Of a DNA stretch of 20,000 bases, positions 1 through 10,405 are shown one piece after another (the stretch's first letter is position 1; each line of letters opens with the position of its first letter). This DNA comes from Sphagnum compactum (taxonomy: Eukaryota). Position numbers and translations under genes: made by a program. The DNA is taken from contig OZ234493.1 of assembly GCA_965153455.1 (NCBI GenBank), positions 36,941,245 through 36,961,244 of the forward strand, written 5' to 3'. The notes beneath the pieces are model-generated. The model was given only the letters and a program-made list of their open reading frames with translations. It made no database searches and was not told the DNA's origin.

Positions 1-237
1 AAACTTTGAGGTCTATGACAAGTGAATGATCTTCACTTGTTAGTCATACAAGCTAGATTTGGTATTCTTTGATTCATCTATTATTGTCATCTTGTTAAAC
101 TTAATCTTTTCGACTAATTATTGCCTTTGTTTAACTACTGTAATTTGTATATTGCATTTCTCTTATTTCATGTACAGTCTAATAATTTCCAAGAAAGGTA
201 TGAAGAATTGTGTTGACTCATTTCATTTTCTTTGCAG

Positions 238-536
238 AAATATCTAGTGCATGATTTAAATCCCACCTGCAATTCCAATAATCCAAACTTCACCATCATT
301 TTTTTTCATGGGATTGTTTTTGGCACGAATGATGCGTGGAAGGAAACATGGACAACACGTCCCACCAATGATAGAGAAGAGTGCATATGTTGGCCAGAAA
401 AGTGGCTACCTGAAGACTTGAACAACAATGTTCGAATTTTATCATTGTCCTATGATTCTCACATTGTGGCAAGTGTTCACGATGATGTGACTGAAATTGG
501 CAAAAACCTCATCCAAAGTTTGATTGTAAATTCAAG
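238..536 (+). CDS. NLR exon: N-terminal part of SERAC1/PGAP1-like alpha/beta-hydrolase domain
   Basis: Motifs IIFFHGI (oxyanion-hole strand), CWPEKWLPEDL and RILSLSYD are typical of SERAC1-like hydrolases. Polypyrimidine tract plus AG at 236-237, GT at 537. Confidence 0.85.
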
Positions 537-3500
537 GTGTGAAAATCTCCTCTATTTATAAACACATTAATTACTATTCCTTGTGTACATTGAAGCTAAT
601 TTTTTACATCTTTAGAATTTCTTACATGTTTTGCACGAGTTAATTGTTCATGTGTATTAGTACTGCGATACACACCAACAAGTTTCAATTTTCTTAAATT
701 GTTAGATTCATGTAGGAGAACATAAAATGGGGCTTGAATGAAAATGTTCTTGTTTGAGGATAATAGCAAAGTCTATGTTCATATTATAAATTCATGGTAG
801 AACTAGTTTGGTTTTTATGGCAATTTTTAGTTCGTGTTTTTTGAAGTTTTATCTTTGCTAATGCAATTGAATTAAATTAAATTAATACATGTGTAGATAA
901 TTTTCATCCATTTCATTGCAAAAAAACTTATTTAAAAACATATATACATATACAATTTTAAATTTTCAACTATATTTCCAACGGAACAAATAGAAGATGA
1001 GTTGTACATTAACAAAAGAATGTACACACTTACATACTTGTGCATAATAATTGTTTTACCAAAACATGGTTGTCACATTTTCTAGGTAGATTAAAGGAAT
1101 CAATAAATGAAAAATGACGTAGGACAAATAAATCAATTATGAACTTATGGCTTAAGTCATGTGTGAATTGGAAAATTGCCCCAAGTATAATAGGATGAAT
1201 TTGTACATGTTAATACAATGTTGATATGGGATTTTGGTGCATTGTTGAATATTTTGTAGTTATCAATCCCTTTGGAATGGACCAGTGGCATTAATTGCTT
1301 ATAGTTTTGGAGGTCTTGTACTCAAAAGCTTGGTGGTTGAAGCTCGCAAACGTGTATATCAAAGGCTCACAAATGGTTTGGATGATGAAATACAAAAATG
1401 TTGTAAAACATTTTTGAACAATGTCAAAGGTGTAGTATTTTATGGTGTACCACATTCTGGTGCTGACAATTTATTAAAATATTTCGAATGGCAATGTCAA
1501 CAAATCAAGACGTCCAACAAACATTTTGCCCAACTTGGTTTTGCAAGAAATTTAGAACCTTTCAATAAACAAATGCAGTCCCTTTCAAAGGAGTTTAAAG
1601 ATGCCGTTCATGAAGACTTCAACATTTATGAATTCGGTGAAGGATTACCAATCAACAAGAATTGGGTAAAATTTTCATTGTGTCACATTGAAAATTATCC
1701 AACTTGGTTCATTAATTAAACATTTTTTGTATTGTCAAAACTTGTGTGGGATGATGTATTCAATACTTCTAAATATGTCAATGTGGTGAATGGGTCATGT
1801 GTTTTATGAACTTTGTTTCATGAATTACTATCGATGGAAATGAAATGTGATTGATTTCAAACATTAGGAAATAGGTTTAAATTTTCCTTTCATCAAATCA
1901 ATTCCACATAAATATTTTAAAGGAAATCATAACATCATTAAAACATGTAAGATTCCTAAGATTAAAAACCAATAACTTTGTGATGTATTTATATAAGTTG
2001 TTTGCCAAAGGGTTGAAGGAAATTGCTTGTATAAAATATTCCATTATTATTCAAACATCAATAGTTATTAAGTTATTGTTTCCACTACCATTTGGTTTAT
2101 AAGTTAAATGATAAGTGAACAAACAAATCAATGAGTTTCATTAACTTAATTTTTTGCACGTGCAGGGAATTTTAGTGCCATATGTCTCAGCTACTCAGTT
2201 GTCAAACAACAACCATTACAAAATTGAGGATGCTAATCACTTGACAATTTGCAAGCCACTAAGCAAGGATCATTCAAGTTATTCTTTATTGTTAAATTGT
2301 TTAAAAATATATATGCAGGTAAAAACATCAAATCTAATTTTTCTGATTTCATATATGTTCATGTAATTTGAAACACATTAGGTCATAGCACACTTGATGT
2401 GTATCACATATGCAATATCATATATATTGATTATCAAATAAGAAATATAGCATAATGACCTATATTTTGTGAATTTTGACAGAAAAATATAGAGCTTCCG
2501 CCTTTGCCATGTCATGAGGTGGCGTTGATTGACAAAGCAAAAGACATAAACATTTTGTTACAAAAGGAATCTATTGTTGGTTTGGTTGGAATGGGTGGGA
2601 TTGGGAAAACCACTTTGTGCAAAAAATTCTATCATTTGTTCCACAACCAATATGAGAAATCTAGTTTTTTGGAGAACGTGAATTCAAAGGACAATATCAA
2701 TGATGTCATAAAACAACTCTTGCATGATTTATGTGACAAAAATTTATGCAAAGATGAAAATGTGAATAAAGAAAACCTCGACAAAATTAAGCAATGTATG
2801 ATATCGAAAAAAGTGTTAGTGGTGGTGGATAATGTTGGTAAGGCGGAATACCTTACACTTTTGCCAATTCCCATTGATAAAGCTGCCAAAAATCTAGCTT
2901 CTAAAAGCAAAGTACTTGTGAATTGTCGAAATTGGCAAATTCTAAAATCTCATGTAAATGAGGATGGAAAAGTGGTCATGAAACCTTTGGAGGAAGAGCA
3001 AGCAAGGGAACTTTTTATGTTCCATGCATTCGGTAATGCAAATCATGTTCCAACAAAAAAATTCAACGATATATGTATGAAGATTATAGAAGCTTGTGGG
3101 GGGCTCCCTTTAAGTCTTAAAGTATTGGGTTCTTTTTTATGCAATAACAAAGAATTAGAAATTTGGGAAGGTGCATTGAACACATTGAAAAATGGGCAAA
3201 GTTTGACGGGGGGCATTGATAATGAAGAGCTTTGGAATGTATTGAAGATTTCTTATGACCATTTGGATAAAATACATAAAAACATGTTTTTGGATATTGC
3301 TTGTTTTTTTGGTGGTTTGAAAATAAGTACAATTTATCGAGCGTGGAGTGGAGATTATTTACACCCAGAATTTGGATTACAAAATTTACAAGAGAGATCT
3401 TTAATCGAAAGGGCAGAATGTGGAATCTTGTTCATACATGACCAATTACGAGACATGGGTCAAAATATTGCAAGGGAATTACCAATTATGAATCGATTTG

Positions 3501-6500
3501 TATGGAAATCAAATGAATCAAATTATTTTTTACAAAAAGATGAGGTTGTCATTCTATTTTTTCAATCCTATAATTTTATTTCAATTTCTTATGATTTTTT
3601 TTATGTCTAAAACCAAATGTTTTAGCTTTCAATTTTGATTTTATAAATACATGTTTTTCTACTAAATTTTGGCATAGGATGAAATGCTATTTTGCATTGA
3701 TAACCCTTTTGTTTTCATTTCATGTGATAGGTGTGGGAACATTTGGAGGGCATTTCATTGAAAAATTGTGCCAATTTCCCTTTGTTGTCCAAAATCAACT
3801 CAAAGGGATTTTCCAACCTTAGGTTGGTTGACCTAACAGAAGCTTCACCAACTATTGTGGAAAATTTTATTGAACAACGAAATTTGAATAATGTTAAATG
3901 GTTATGCCTCAAAAAATGCATGATGGAAAAATTGCCAAGTAATTTGTTTTCCTGTTCACAACTCCGAATGCTCGATTTGGCACAATGTAAAAAATTGGAA
4001 AAACTACCTTCATCTATTGACCAATTGATTGCACTCCAAGAGTTTGACTTGTCAGGGTGTTCCAACTTGAAAGAACTACCTCCATCTATTGGCAAATTGA
4101 ATGCACTCCAAGAGCTTCATTTGTCAGGGTGTTCCAACTTGAAAGAATTACCTCCATCCATTAGCAAATTGAATGCACTCCAAGAGCTTCATTTGTCAGG
4201 GTGTTCCAACTTGAAAGAACTACCTCCATCTATTGGCCAATTGAATGCACTCAAAAAACTTCATTTGTCAGGGTGTTCCAACTTGAAAGAACTACCTCCA
4301 TCTATTGGCGAATTGAATGCACTCCAGAAGCTTGATTTGCAAAGGTGTTCCGAATTGAAAGAACTACCTCCATCTATTGACCAATTAAATGCACTCCAAG
4401 AGCTTCATTTGTCAGGATGTTCCAACTTGAAAGAACTACCTCCATCTATTGGCCAATTGAATGCACTCCAAAAGCTTCATTTCTTAGGGTGTTTCGAGTT
4501 GAAAGAACTACCTCCATCTATCGGCCAATCGAATGCACTCCAGGAACTTGTTTTGTCAAGGTGTTCCAACTTGAAAGAACTACCTCCATCTATTGGCCAA
4601 TTGAATGCACTCCAAAAGCTTTATTTGTCAGGGTGTCCTAAGTTGAAAGAACTACCTCCATCTATTGGCCAATTGAATGCACTCCGAGAGCTTTATTTAT
4701 GGGAATGTTCCAATTTGAAAGAACTACCTCCATTTATTGGCCAATTGAATGCACTCCAAGAGCTTCATTTGTCAGAGTGTTCCAACTTGAAAGAACTACC
4801 TCCATCTATTGGCCAATTGAATGCACTCCAATGCCTTCATTTGTCAGACTGTTCCAACTTGAAAGAACTACCTCCATTTATTGGCCAATTGAATGCACTC
4901 CAAAAGCTTTATTTGTGCGAATGTTCCAACTTGAAAGACCTACCTCCATCTATTGGCCAATTGAATGCACTCCAAAAGCTTCATTTGTTAGGGTGTTCCG
5001 AGTTGAAAGAACTACCTCCATCTATTGGCCAATTGAATGCACTCCAAGAGCTTCGTTTATCAGGGTGTTCCAACTTGAAAGAATTACCTCCATCTATTGG
5101 CCAATTGAATGCACTCCAAGAGCTTCATTTGACAGGGTGTTCCAACTTGAAAGAATTATCTCCATCTATTGGCCAATTGAATGCACTCCAAGAGCTTGAT
5201 TTGTCCGGGTGTTCCAACTTGAAAGAACTACCTCCATCTATTGGCCAATTGAATGCACTCCAAAAGCTTAATTTGTCAGGGTGTTCCAACTTGAAAGAAC
5301 TACCTCCATCTATTGGCCAATTGAATGCACTCCAACTGTTTTATTTGTCATGGCGTTCCAACTTGAAAGAACTACTTCCATTTATTGGCCAATTGAATGC
5401 ACTCCGAGAACTTGTTTTGTGCGAGTGTTCTAATTTGAAAGAACTACCTCCATCTATTGGCCAATTGTATGCACTCCAAAAGCTTTATTTGTGCGAATGT
5501 TCCAACTTGAAAGAACTACCTCCATCTATTCACCAATTGAATGCACTCCAACAGCTTTATTTATTAGGGTGTTCCGAGTTGAAAGAACTACCTCCAACTA
5601 TTGGCCAGTTGAATGCACTCCAAGAGCTTCATTTGTCAGACTGTTCCGAGTTGAAAGAACTGCCTCCATCAATTGGCCAATTGAATGCACTCCAAAAGTT
5701 TCATTTGTGCGAATGTTCCAACTTGAAAGAACTACCTCAATCTATTGGCCAATTGAATGCACTCCAAAAGCTTCATTTGTTAGGGTGTTCCAGCTTGAAA
5801 GAACTGCCTGCATCTATTGGCCAATTGAATGCACTCCAAGAGCTTGATTTGTCCGGGTGTTCCAACTTGAAAGAACTCCCTGCATCTATTGGCCAATTGA
5901 ATGCACTCCAAGAGCTTCATTTGTTAGGGTGTTCCAACTTGAAAGAACTACCTCCATCTATTGGCCAATTGTATGCACTCCAACATCTTCATTTGTCAGG
6001 GTGTTCCAACTTGAAAGAACTACCTCCATTTATAGGCCAATTGAATGCACTTCAAGAGCTTCAATTGTTAGGGTGTTCCGAGTTGAAAGAACTACCTCCA
6101 TCTATTGGCCAATTGAATGCACTCCAAAAGCTTCATTTGTCAGAGTGTTCCAACTTGAAAGAACTACCTCCATCTATTGGCCAATTGAATGCACTCCAAG
6201 AGCTTCATTTGTTAGGGTGTTCCCACTTGAAAGAACTACCTCCATCTATTGGCCAATTGAATGCACTCCAAAAGCTTCATTTGTCAGGGTGTTCCAACTT
6301 GAAAGAACTACCTCCATTTATTGGCCAATTGAATGCACTCGAAGAGCTTTATTTGTTAGGGTGTTCTGAGTTGAAAGAACTACCTCCATCTATTGGCCAA
6401 TTGAATGCACTTCAAGAGCTTCATTTGTCAGAGTGTTCCGAGTTGAAAGAACTACCTCCATCTATTGGCCAATTGAATGCACTCCAAAAGCTTCATTTGT

Positions 6501-9500
6501 TAGGGTGTTCCAACTTGAAAGAACTACCTCCATCTATTGGCCAATTGAATGCACTCCAAGAGCTTCATTTGTCAAAGTGTTCCGAGTTGAAAGAAGTACC
6601 TCCATCTATTGGCCAATTGAATGCACTCCGAGAACTTGTTTTATCCGAGTGTTCCAACTTGAAAGAACTACCTCCATCTGTTGGCCAATTGATTGCACTC
6701 CAAGAGCTTCATTTGTCAGAATGTTTCGAGTTGAAAGAACTACCTCCATCTATTGGCCAATTGAATGCACTCCAAAAGCTTCATTGGTCAGGGTGTTCCA
6801 ACTTGAAGGAACTACCTCCATCTATTGGCCAATTGAATGCACTTCAAGAGCTTCAATTGTTAGGGTGTTCCGAGTTGAAAGAACTACCTCCATCTATTGG
6901 CCAATTGAATGCACTCCAAAAGCTTCATTTGTCAGAGTGTTCCAACTTGAAAGAACTACCTCCATCTATTGGCCAATTGAATGCACTCCAAGAGCTTCAT
7001 TTGTTAGGGTGTTCCCACTTGAAAGAACTACCTCCATCTATTGGCCAATTGAATGCACTCCAAAAGCTTCATTTGTCAGGGTGTTCCAACTTGAAAGAAC
7101 TACCTCCATTTATTGGCCAATTGAATGCACTCGAAGAGCTTTATTTGTTAGGGTGTTCTGAGTTGAAAGAACTACCTCCATCTATTGGCCAATTGAATGC
7201 ACTTCAAGAGCTTCATTTGTCAGAGTGTTCCGAGTTGAAAGAACTACCTCCATCTATTGGCCAATTGAATGCACTCCAAAAGCTTCATTTGTTAGGGTGT
7301 TCCAACTTGAAAGAACTACCTCCATCTATTGGCCAATTGAATGCACTCCAAGAGCTTCATTTGTCAAAGTGTTCCGAGTTGAAAGAAGTACCTCCATCTA
7401 TTGGCCAATTGAATGCACTCCGAGAACTTGTTTTATCCGAGTGTTCCAACTTGAAAGAACTACCTCCATCTGTTGGCCAATTGATTGCACTCCAAGAGCT
7501 TCATTTGTCAGAATGTTTCGAGTTGAAAGAACTACCTCCATCTATTGGCCAATTGAATGCACTCCAAAAGCTTCATTGGTCAGGGTGTTCCAACTTGAAG
7601 GAACTACCTCCATCTATTGGCCAATTGAATGCACTTCAAGAGCTTCAATTGTTAGGGTGTTCCGAGTTGAAAGAACTACCTCCATCTATTGGCCAATTGA
7701 ATGCACTCCAAAAGCTTCATTTGTCAGAGTGTTCCAACTTGAAAGAACTACCTCCATCTATTGGCCAATTGAATGCACTCCAAGAGCTTCATTTGTTAGG
7801 GTGTTCCCACTTGAAAGAACTACCTCCATCTATTGGCCAATTGAATGCACTCCAAAAGCTTCATTTGTCAGGGTGTTCCAACTTGAAAGAACTACCTCCA
7901 TTTATTGGCCAATTGAATGCACTCGAAGAGCTTTATTTGTTAGGGTGTTCTGAGTTGAAAGAACTACCTCCATCTATTGGCCAATTGAATGCACTTCAAG
8001 AGCTTCATTTGTCAGAGTGTTCCGAGTTGAAAGAACTACCTCCATCTATTGGCCAATTGAATGCACTCCAAAAGCTTCATTTGTTAGGGTGTTCCAACTT
8101 GAAAGAACTACCTCCATCTATTGGCCAATTGAATGCACTCCAAGAGCTTCATTTGTCAAAGTGTTCCGAGTTGAAAGAAGTACCTCCATCTATTGGCCAA
8201 TTGAATGCACTCCGAGAACTTGTTTTATCCGAGTGTTCCAACTTGAAAGAACTACCTCCATCTGTTGGCCAATTGATTGCACTCCAAGAGCTTCATTTGT
8301 CAGAATGTTTCGAGTTGAAAGAACTACCTCCATCTATTGGCCAATTGAATGCACTCCAAAAGCTTCATTGGTCAGGGTGTTCCAACTTGAAGGAACTACC
8401 TCCATCTATTGGCCAATTGAATGCACTTCAAGAGCTTCATTTGTTAGGGTGTTTTGAGTTGGACGAACTACCTCCATCTATTGGCCGATTGAATGCACTC
8501 CAAAAGCTTTATTTGTCAGAATGTTCCGAGTTAAAAGAACTACCTCCATCTATTGGCCAATTGAATGCACTCCAAAAGCTTCATTTGTCAGGGTGTTCCA
8601 ACTTGAAAGAACTACCTCCATTTATTGGCCAATTGAATGCACTCGAAAAGCTTTATTTGGTAGGGTGTTCCGATTTGAAAGAACTACCTCCATCTATTGG
8701 CCAATTGAATGCACTCCAAGAGCTTCATTTGTCAGAGTGTTCGGAGTTGAAAGAATTACCTCTATCTATTGGTCAATTGAATGCACTCCAAGAGCTTCAT
8801 TTGTTAGGGTGTTCCAACTTGAAAGAAGTACCTCCATCTATTGGCCAATTGAATGCACTCCAAGAGCTTCATTTGTCAGAGTGTTCCGAGTTGAAAGAAC
8901 TACCTCCATCTATTGGCCAATTGAATGCACTCCGAAAACTTGTTTTGTGCGAGTGTTCCAACTTCAAAGAACTACCTTCATCTATTGGCCAATTGATTGC
9001 ACTCCAAAAACTTTATTTGTGGGAATGTTCCAACTTGAAAGAACTACCTCCATCTATTGGCCAATTGAATGCACTTCAAGAGCTTCATTTGTTAGGGTGT
9101 TCCGAGTTGAAAGAACTACCTCCAGCTATTGGCCAATTGAATGCACTCCAAAAGCTTCATTTGTTAGGGTGTTCCGAGTTGAAAGAACTACCTCCATCTA
9201 TTGGCCAATTGAATGCACTCCAAGAGCTTCATTTGTCAGGATGTTCCAACTTGAAAGAACTACCTCCATCCATTGGCCAATTGAATGCACTCCAAAAGCT
9301 TTATTTGTGGGAATGTTCCAACTTGAAAGAACTACCTCCTTTTATTGGCCAATTGAATGCACTAGAAGAGCTTCATTTGTCAGGGTGTTCCAACTTGAAA
9401 GAACTACCTCCATTTATTGGCCACTTGAATGCACTCCAGGAGCTTTATTTGGTAGGGTGTTCCGAGTTGAATGAACTACCTCCATCTATTGGCCAATTGA

Positions 9501-10405
9501 ATGCACTCCAAGAGCTTCATTTGTTAGAGTGTTCTGAGTTGAAAGAATTACCTCCATCTATTGGCCAATTGAATGCACTCCAAAAGCTTTATTTGTGGGA
9601 ATGTTCCAATTTGAAAGAACTACCTCCATCCATTGGCCAATTGAATGCACTCCAAGAGCTTCATTTGTCAGGGTGTTCCAACTTGAAAGAACTACCTCCA
9701 TTTATTGGCCAATTGAATGCACTCCAAAAGCTTCATTTGTTAGGGTGTTCCAACTTGAAAGAACTACCTGCATCTATTGGCCATTTGAATGCACTCCAAG
9801 AGCTTCATTTGTCAGAATGTTTCGAGTTGAAAGAACTACCTCCATCTATTGGCCAATTGAATGCACTCCAAAAGCTTTATTTGTGGGAATGTTCCGAGTT
9901 AAAAGAACTACCTCCATCTATTGGCCAATTGAATGCACTCCAAAAGCTTCATTTGTCAGGGTGTTCCAACTTGAAAGAATTACCTCCATCTATTGGCCAA
10001 TTGAATGCACTTCAAGAGCTTAATTTGCATAGGGATTCCGAGTTGAAAGAACTACCTTCATCTATTGGCCAATTGAATGCACTCCAAGAGCTTCATTTGT
10101 CATGGTGTTCCAACTTGAAAGAATTACCTCCATCTATTGGCCAATTGAATGCACTCCAAAAGCTTTATTTGTGGGAATGTTCCGAGTTGAAAGAACTACC
10201 TCCATCTATTGGCCAATTGAATGCACTCCAAGAGCTTTATTTGTGCGGGTGTTTCAACTTGAATGAACTACCTACATTTATTGGCCAATTGAATGCACTC
10301 CAAAAGGTTCATTTGTTAAGGTGTTCCAACTTGAAAGAACTACCTGCATCTATTGGCCAATTGAGTGCACTCCAACAGCGTATTTGTCAGAGTGTTCCAA
10401 CTTGA
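238..10405 (+). CDS. Hydrolase-NB-ARC-LRR (HNL-type) NLR immune receptor, spliced: join(238..536,1260..1665,2166..2318,2483..3544,3731..10405); 5' end incomplete, >=2864 aa
   Basis: Five ORF segments join in frame at GT-AG junctions: acceptor tttgcAG|238; AAG|GT 537 to tttgtAG|1260 (phase 2, codon AG+T=Ser); TGG|GT 1666 to tgcAG|2166; CAG|GT 2319 to gacAG|2483; GAG|GT 3545 to gatAG|3731. Domain order is hydrolase, NB-ARC, LRR. No in-frame ATG precedes 238, so the first exon is upstream or unresolved. Confidence 0.9.
1260..1665 (+). CDS. NLR exon: hydrolase core with nucleophile elbow
   Basis: VALIAYSFGGLVLK (Ser codon 1303-1305), GVVFYGVPHSG, IYEFGEG; splice sites are phase-consistent with both neighbours. 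Confidence 0.88.
2166..2318 (+). CDS. NLR exon: hydrolase C-terminus with putative catalytic His
   Basis: GILVPYVSA and DANHLTICKP (His codon 2238-2240); tgcAG acceptor and CAG|GTAAAA donor. Confidence 0.88.
2483..3544 (+). CDS. NLR exon: NB-ARC domain
   Basis: P-loop GMGGIGKT (2588-2611), kinase-2 VLVVVDNV, RNBS-B SKVLVNCR, RNBS-C PLEEEQARELF, GLPL (CGGLPLSL), RNBS-D MFLDIACFF, MHD-type FIHDQLRDMG. Confidence 0.95.
3731..10405 (+). CDS. NLR last exon: giant LRR domain (~90 LRRs, 2224 aa)
   Basis: Uninterrupted ORF of consensus LNALQ[EK]L[HY]L[SL][GE]CS[NE]LKELPPSIGQ. It ends 8 codons after a 1-nt deletion at ~10380 (TGA at 10403-10405). Confidence 0.93.
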   Translation: MWEHLEGISLKNCANFPLLSKINSKGFSNLRLVDLTEASPTIVENFIEQRNLNNVKWLCLKKCMMEKLPSNLFSCSQLRMLDLAQCKKLEKLPSSIDQLIALQEFDLSGCSNLKELPPSIGKLNALQELHLSGCSNLKELPPSISKLNALQELHLSGCSNLKELPPSIGQLNALKKLHLSGCSNLKELPPSIGELNALQKLDLQRCSELKELPPSIDQLNALQELHLSGCSNLKELPPSIGQLNALQKLHFLGCFELKELPPSIGQSNALQELVLSRCSNLKELPPSIGQLNALQKLYLSGCPKLKELPPSIGQLNALRELYLWECSNLKELPPFIGQLNALQELHLSECSNLKELPPSIGQLNALQCLHLSDCSNLKELPPFIGQLNALQKLYLCECSNLKDLPPSIGQLNALQKLHLLGCSELKELPPSIGQLNALQELRLSGCSNLKELPPSIGQLNALQELHLTGCSNLKELSPSIGQLNALQELDLSGCSNLKELPPSIGQLNALQKLNLSGCSNLKELPPSIGQLNALQLFYLSWRSNLKELLPFIGQLNALRELVLCECSNLKELPPSIGQLYALQKLYLCECSNLKELPPSIHQLNALQQLYLLGCSELKELPPTIGQLNALQELHLSDCSELKELPPSIGQLNALQKFHLCECSNLKELPQSIGQLNALQKLHLLGCSSLKELPASIGQLNALQELDLSGCSNLKELPASIGQLNALQELHLLGCSNLKELPPSIGQLYALQHLHLSGCSNLKELPPFIGQLNALQELQLLGCSELKELPPSIGQLNALQKLHLSECSNLKELPPSIGQLNALQELHLLGCSHLKELPPSIGQLNALQKLHLSGCSNLKELPPFIGQLNALEELYLLGCSELKELPPSIGQLNALQELHLSECSELKELPPSIGQLNALQKLHLLGCSNLKELPPSIGQLNALQELHLSKCSELKEVPPSIGQLNALRELVLSECSNLKELPPSVGQLIALQELHLSECFELKELPPSIGQLNALQKLHWSGCSNLKELPPSIGQLNALQELQLLGCSELKELPPSIGQLNALQKLHLSECSNLKELPPSIGQLNALQELHLLGCSHLKELPPSIGQLNALQKLHLSGCSNLKELPPFIGQLNALEELYLLGCSELKELPPSIGQLNALQELHLSECSELKELPPSIGQLNALQKLHLLGCSNLKELPPSIGQLNALQELHLSKCSELKEVPPSIGQLNALRELVLSECSNLKELPPSVGQLIALQELHLSECFELKELPPSIGQLNALQKLHWSGCSNLKELPPSIGQLNALQELQLLGCSELKELPPSIGQLNALQKLHLSECSNLKELPPSIGQLNALQELHLLGCSHLKELPPSIGQLNALQKLHLSGCSNLKELPPFIGQLNALEELYLLGCSELKELPPSIGQLNALQELHLSECSELKELPPSIGQLNALQKLHLLGCSNLKELPPSIGQLNALQELHLSKCSELKEVPPSIGQLNALRELVLSECSNLKELPPSVGQLIALQELHLSECFELKELPPSIGQLNALQKLHWSGCSNLKELPPSIGQLNALQELHLLGCFELDELPPSIGRLNALQKLYLSECSELKELPPSIGQLNALQKLHLSGCSNLKELPPFIGQLNALEKLYLVGCSDLKELPPSIGQLNALQELHLSECSELKELPLSIGQLNALQELHLLGCSNLKEVPPSIGQLNALQELHLSECSELKELPPSIGQLNALRKLVLCECSNFKELPSSIGQLIALQKLYLWECSNLKELPPSIGQLNALQELHLLGCSELKELPPAIGQLNALQKLHLLGCSELKELPPSIGQLNALQELHLSGCSNLKELPPSIGQLNALQKLYLWECSNLKELPPFIGQLNALEELHLSGCSNLKELPPFIGHLNALQELYLVGCSELNELPPSIGQLNALQELHLLECSELKELPPSIGQLNALQKLYLWECSNLKELPPSIGQLNALQELHLSGCSNLKELPPFIGQLNALQKLHLLGCSNLKELPASIGHLNALQELHLSECFELKELPPSIGQLNALQKLYLWECSELKELPPSIGQLNALQKLHLSGCSNLKELPPSIGQLNALQELNLHRDSELKELPSSIGQLNALQELHLSWCSNLKELPPSIGQLNALQKLYLWECSELKELPPSIGQLNALQELYLCGCFNLNELPTFIGQLNALQKVHLLRCSNLKELPASIGQLSALQQRICQSVPT
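4031..10366 (+). repeat. Coding tandem repeat, 88 x 72 bp (24-aa LRR units)
   Basis: gcactc anchors at 4031 and 10367 are 6336 bp = 88 x 72 apart. Near-invariant core ttgaaagaactacctccatctattggccaattgaatgcactc. Confidence 0.97.
6035..8439 (+). repeat. Higher-order repeat: 3 x 792 bp (11 LRR units each)
   Basis: Rare variants recur at a 792-bp offset (e.g. tcccac His, cattgg Trp, tctgtt Val, tcaaag Lys). Shadow-frame ORFs at 6433 and 7225 have identical translations, and the one at 8017 continues the pattern. Confidence 0.93.

Noticed and set aside
14-48. Small hairpin acaagtgaa/ttcacttgt
   Set aside because: A 9-bp stem in AT-rich DNA is too short for a miRNA or MITE call and may be chance.
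178-197. Possible micro-exon (tacAG|tct...aag|GTatga) upstream of the first visible exon
   Set aside because: It would need a 40-nt intron and gives a phase mismatch with 238. It cannot be supported without cDNA, so the start codon is left unresolved.
232-3610. Treating ORFs 232, 1285, 2154 and 2504 as separate genes
   Set aside because: Their starts are TTG/GTG near splice acceptors and their tails run into introns; they join in frame as exons of one gene.
2632-4095. Minus-strand ORFs 2632-2910, 3117-3332 and 3715-4095
   Set aside because: Antisense shadows of the NB-ARC/LRR exons with no recognisable motifs.
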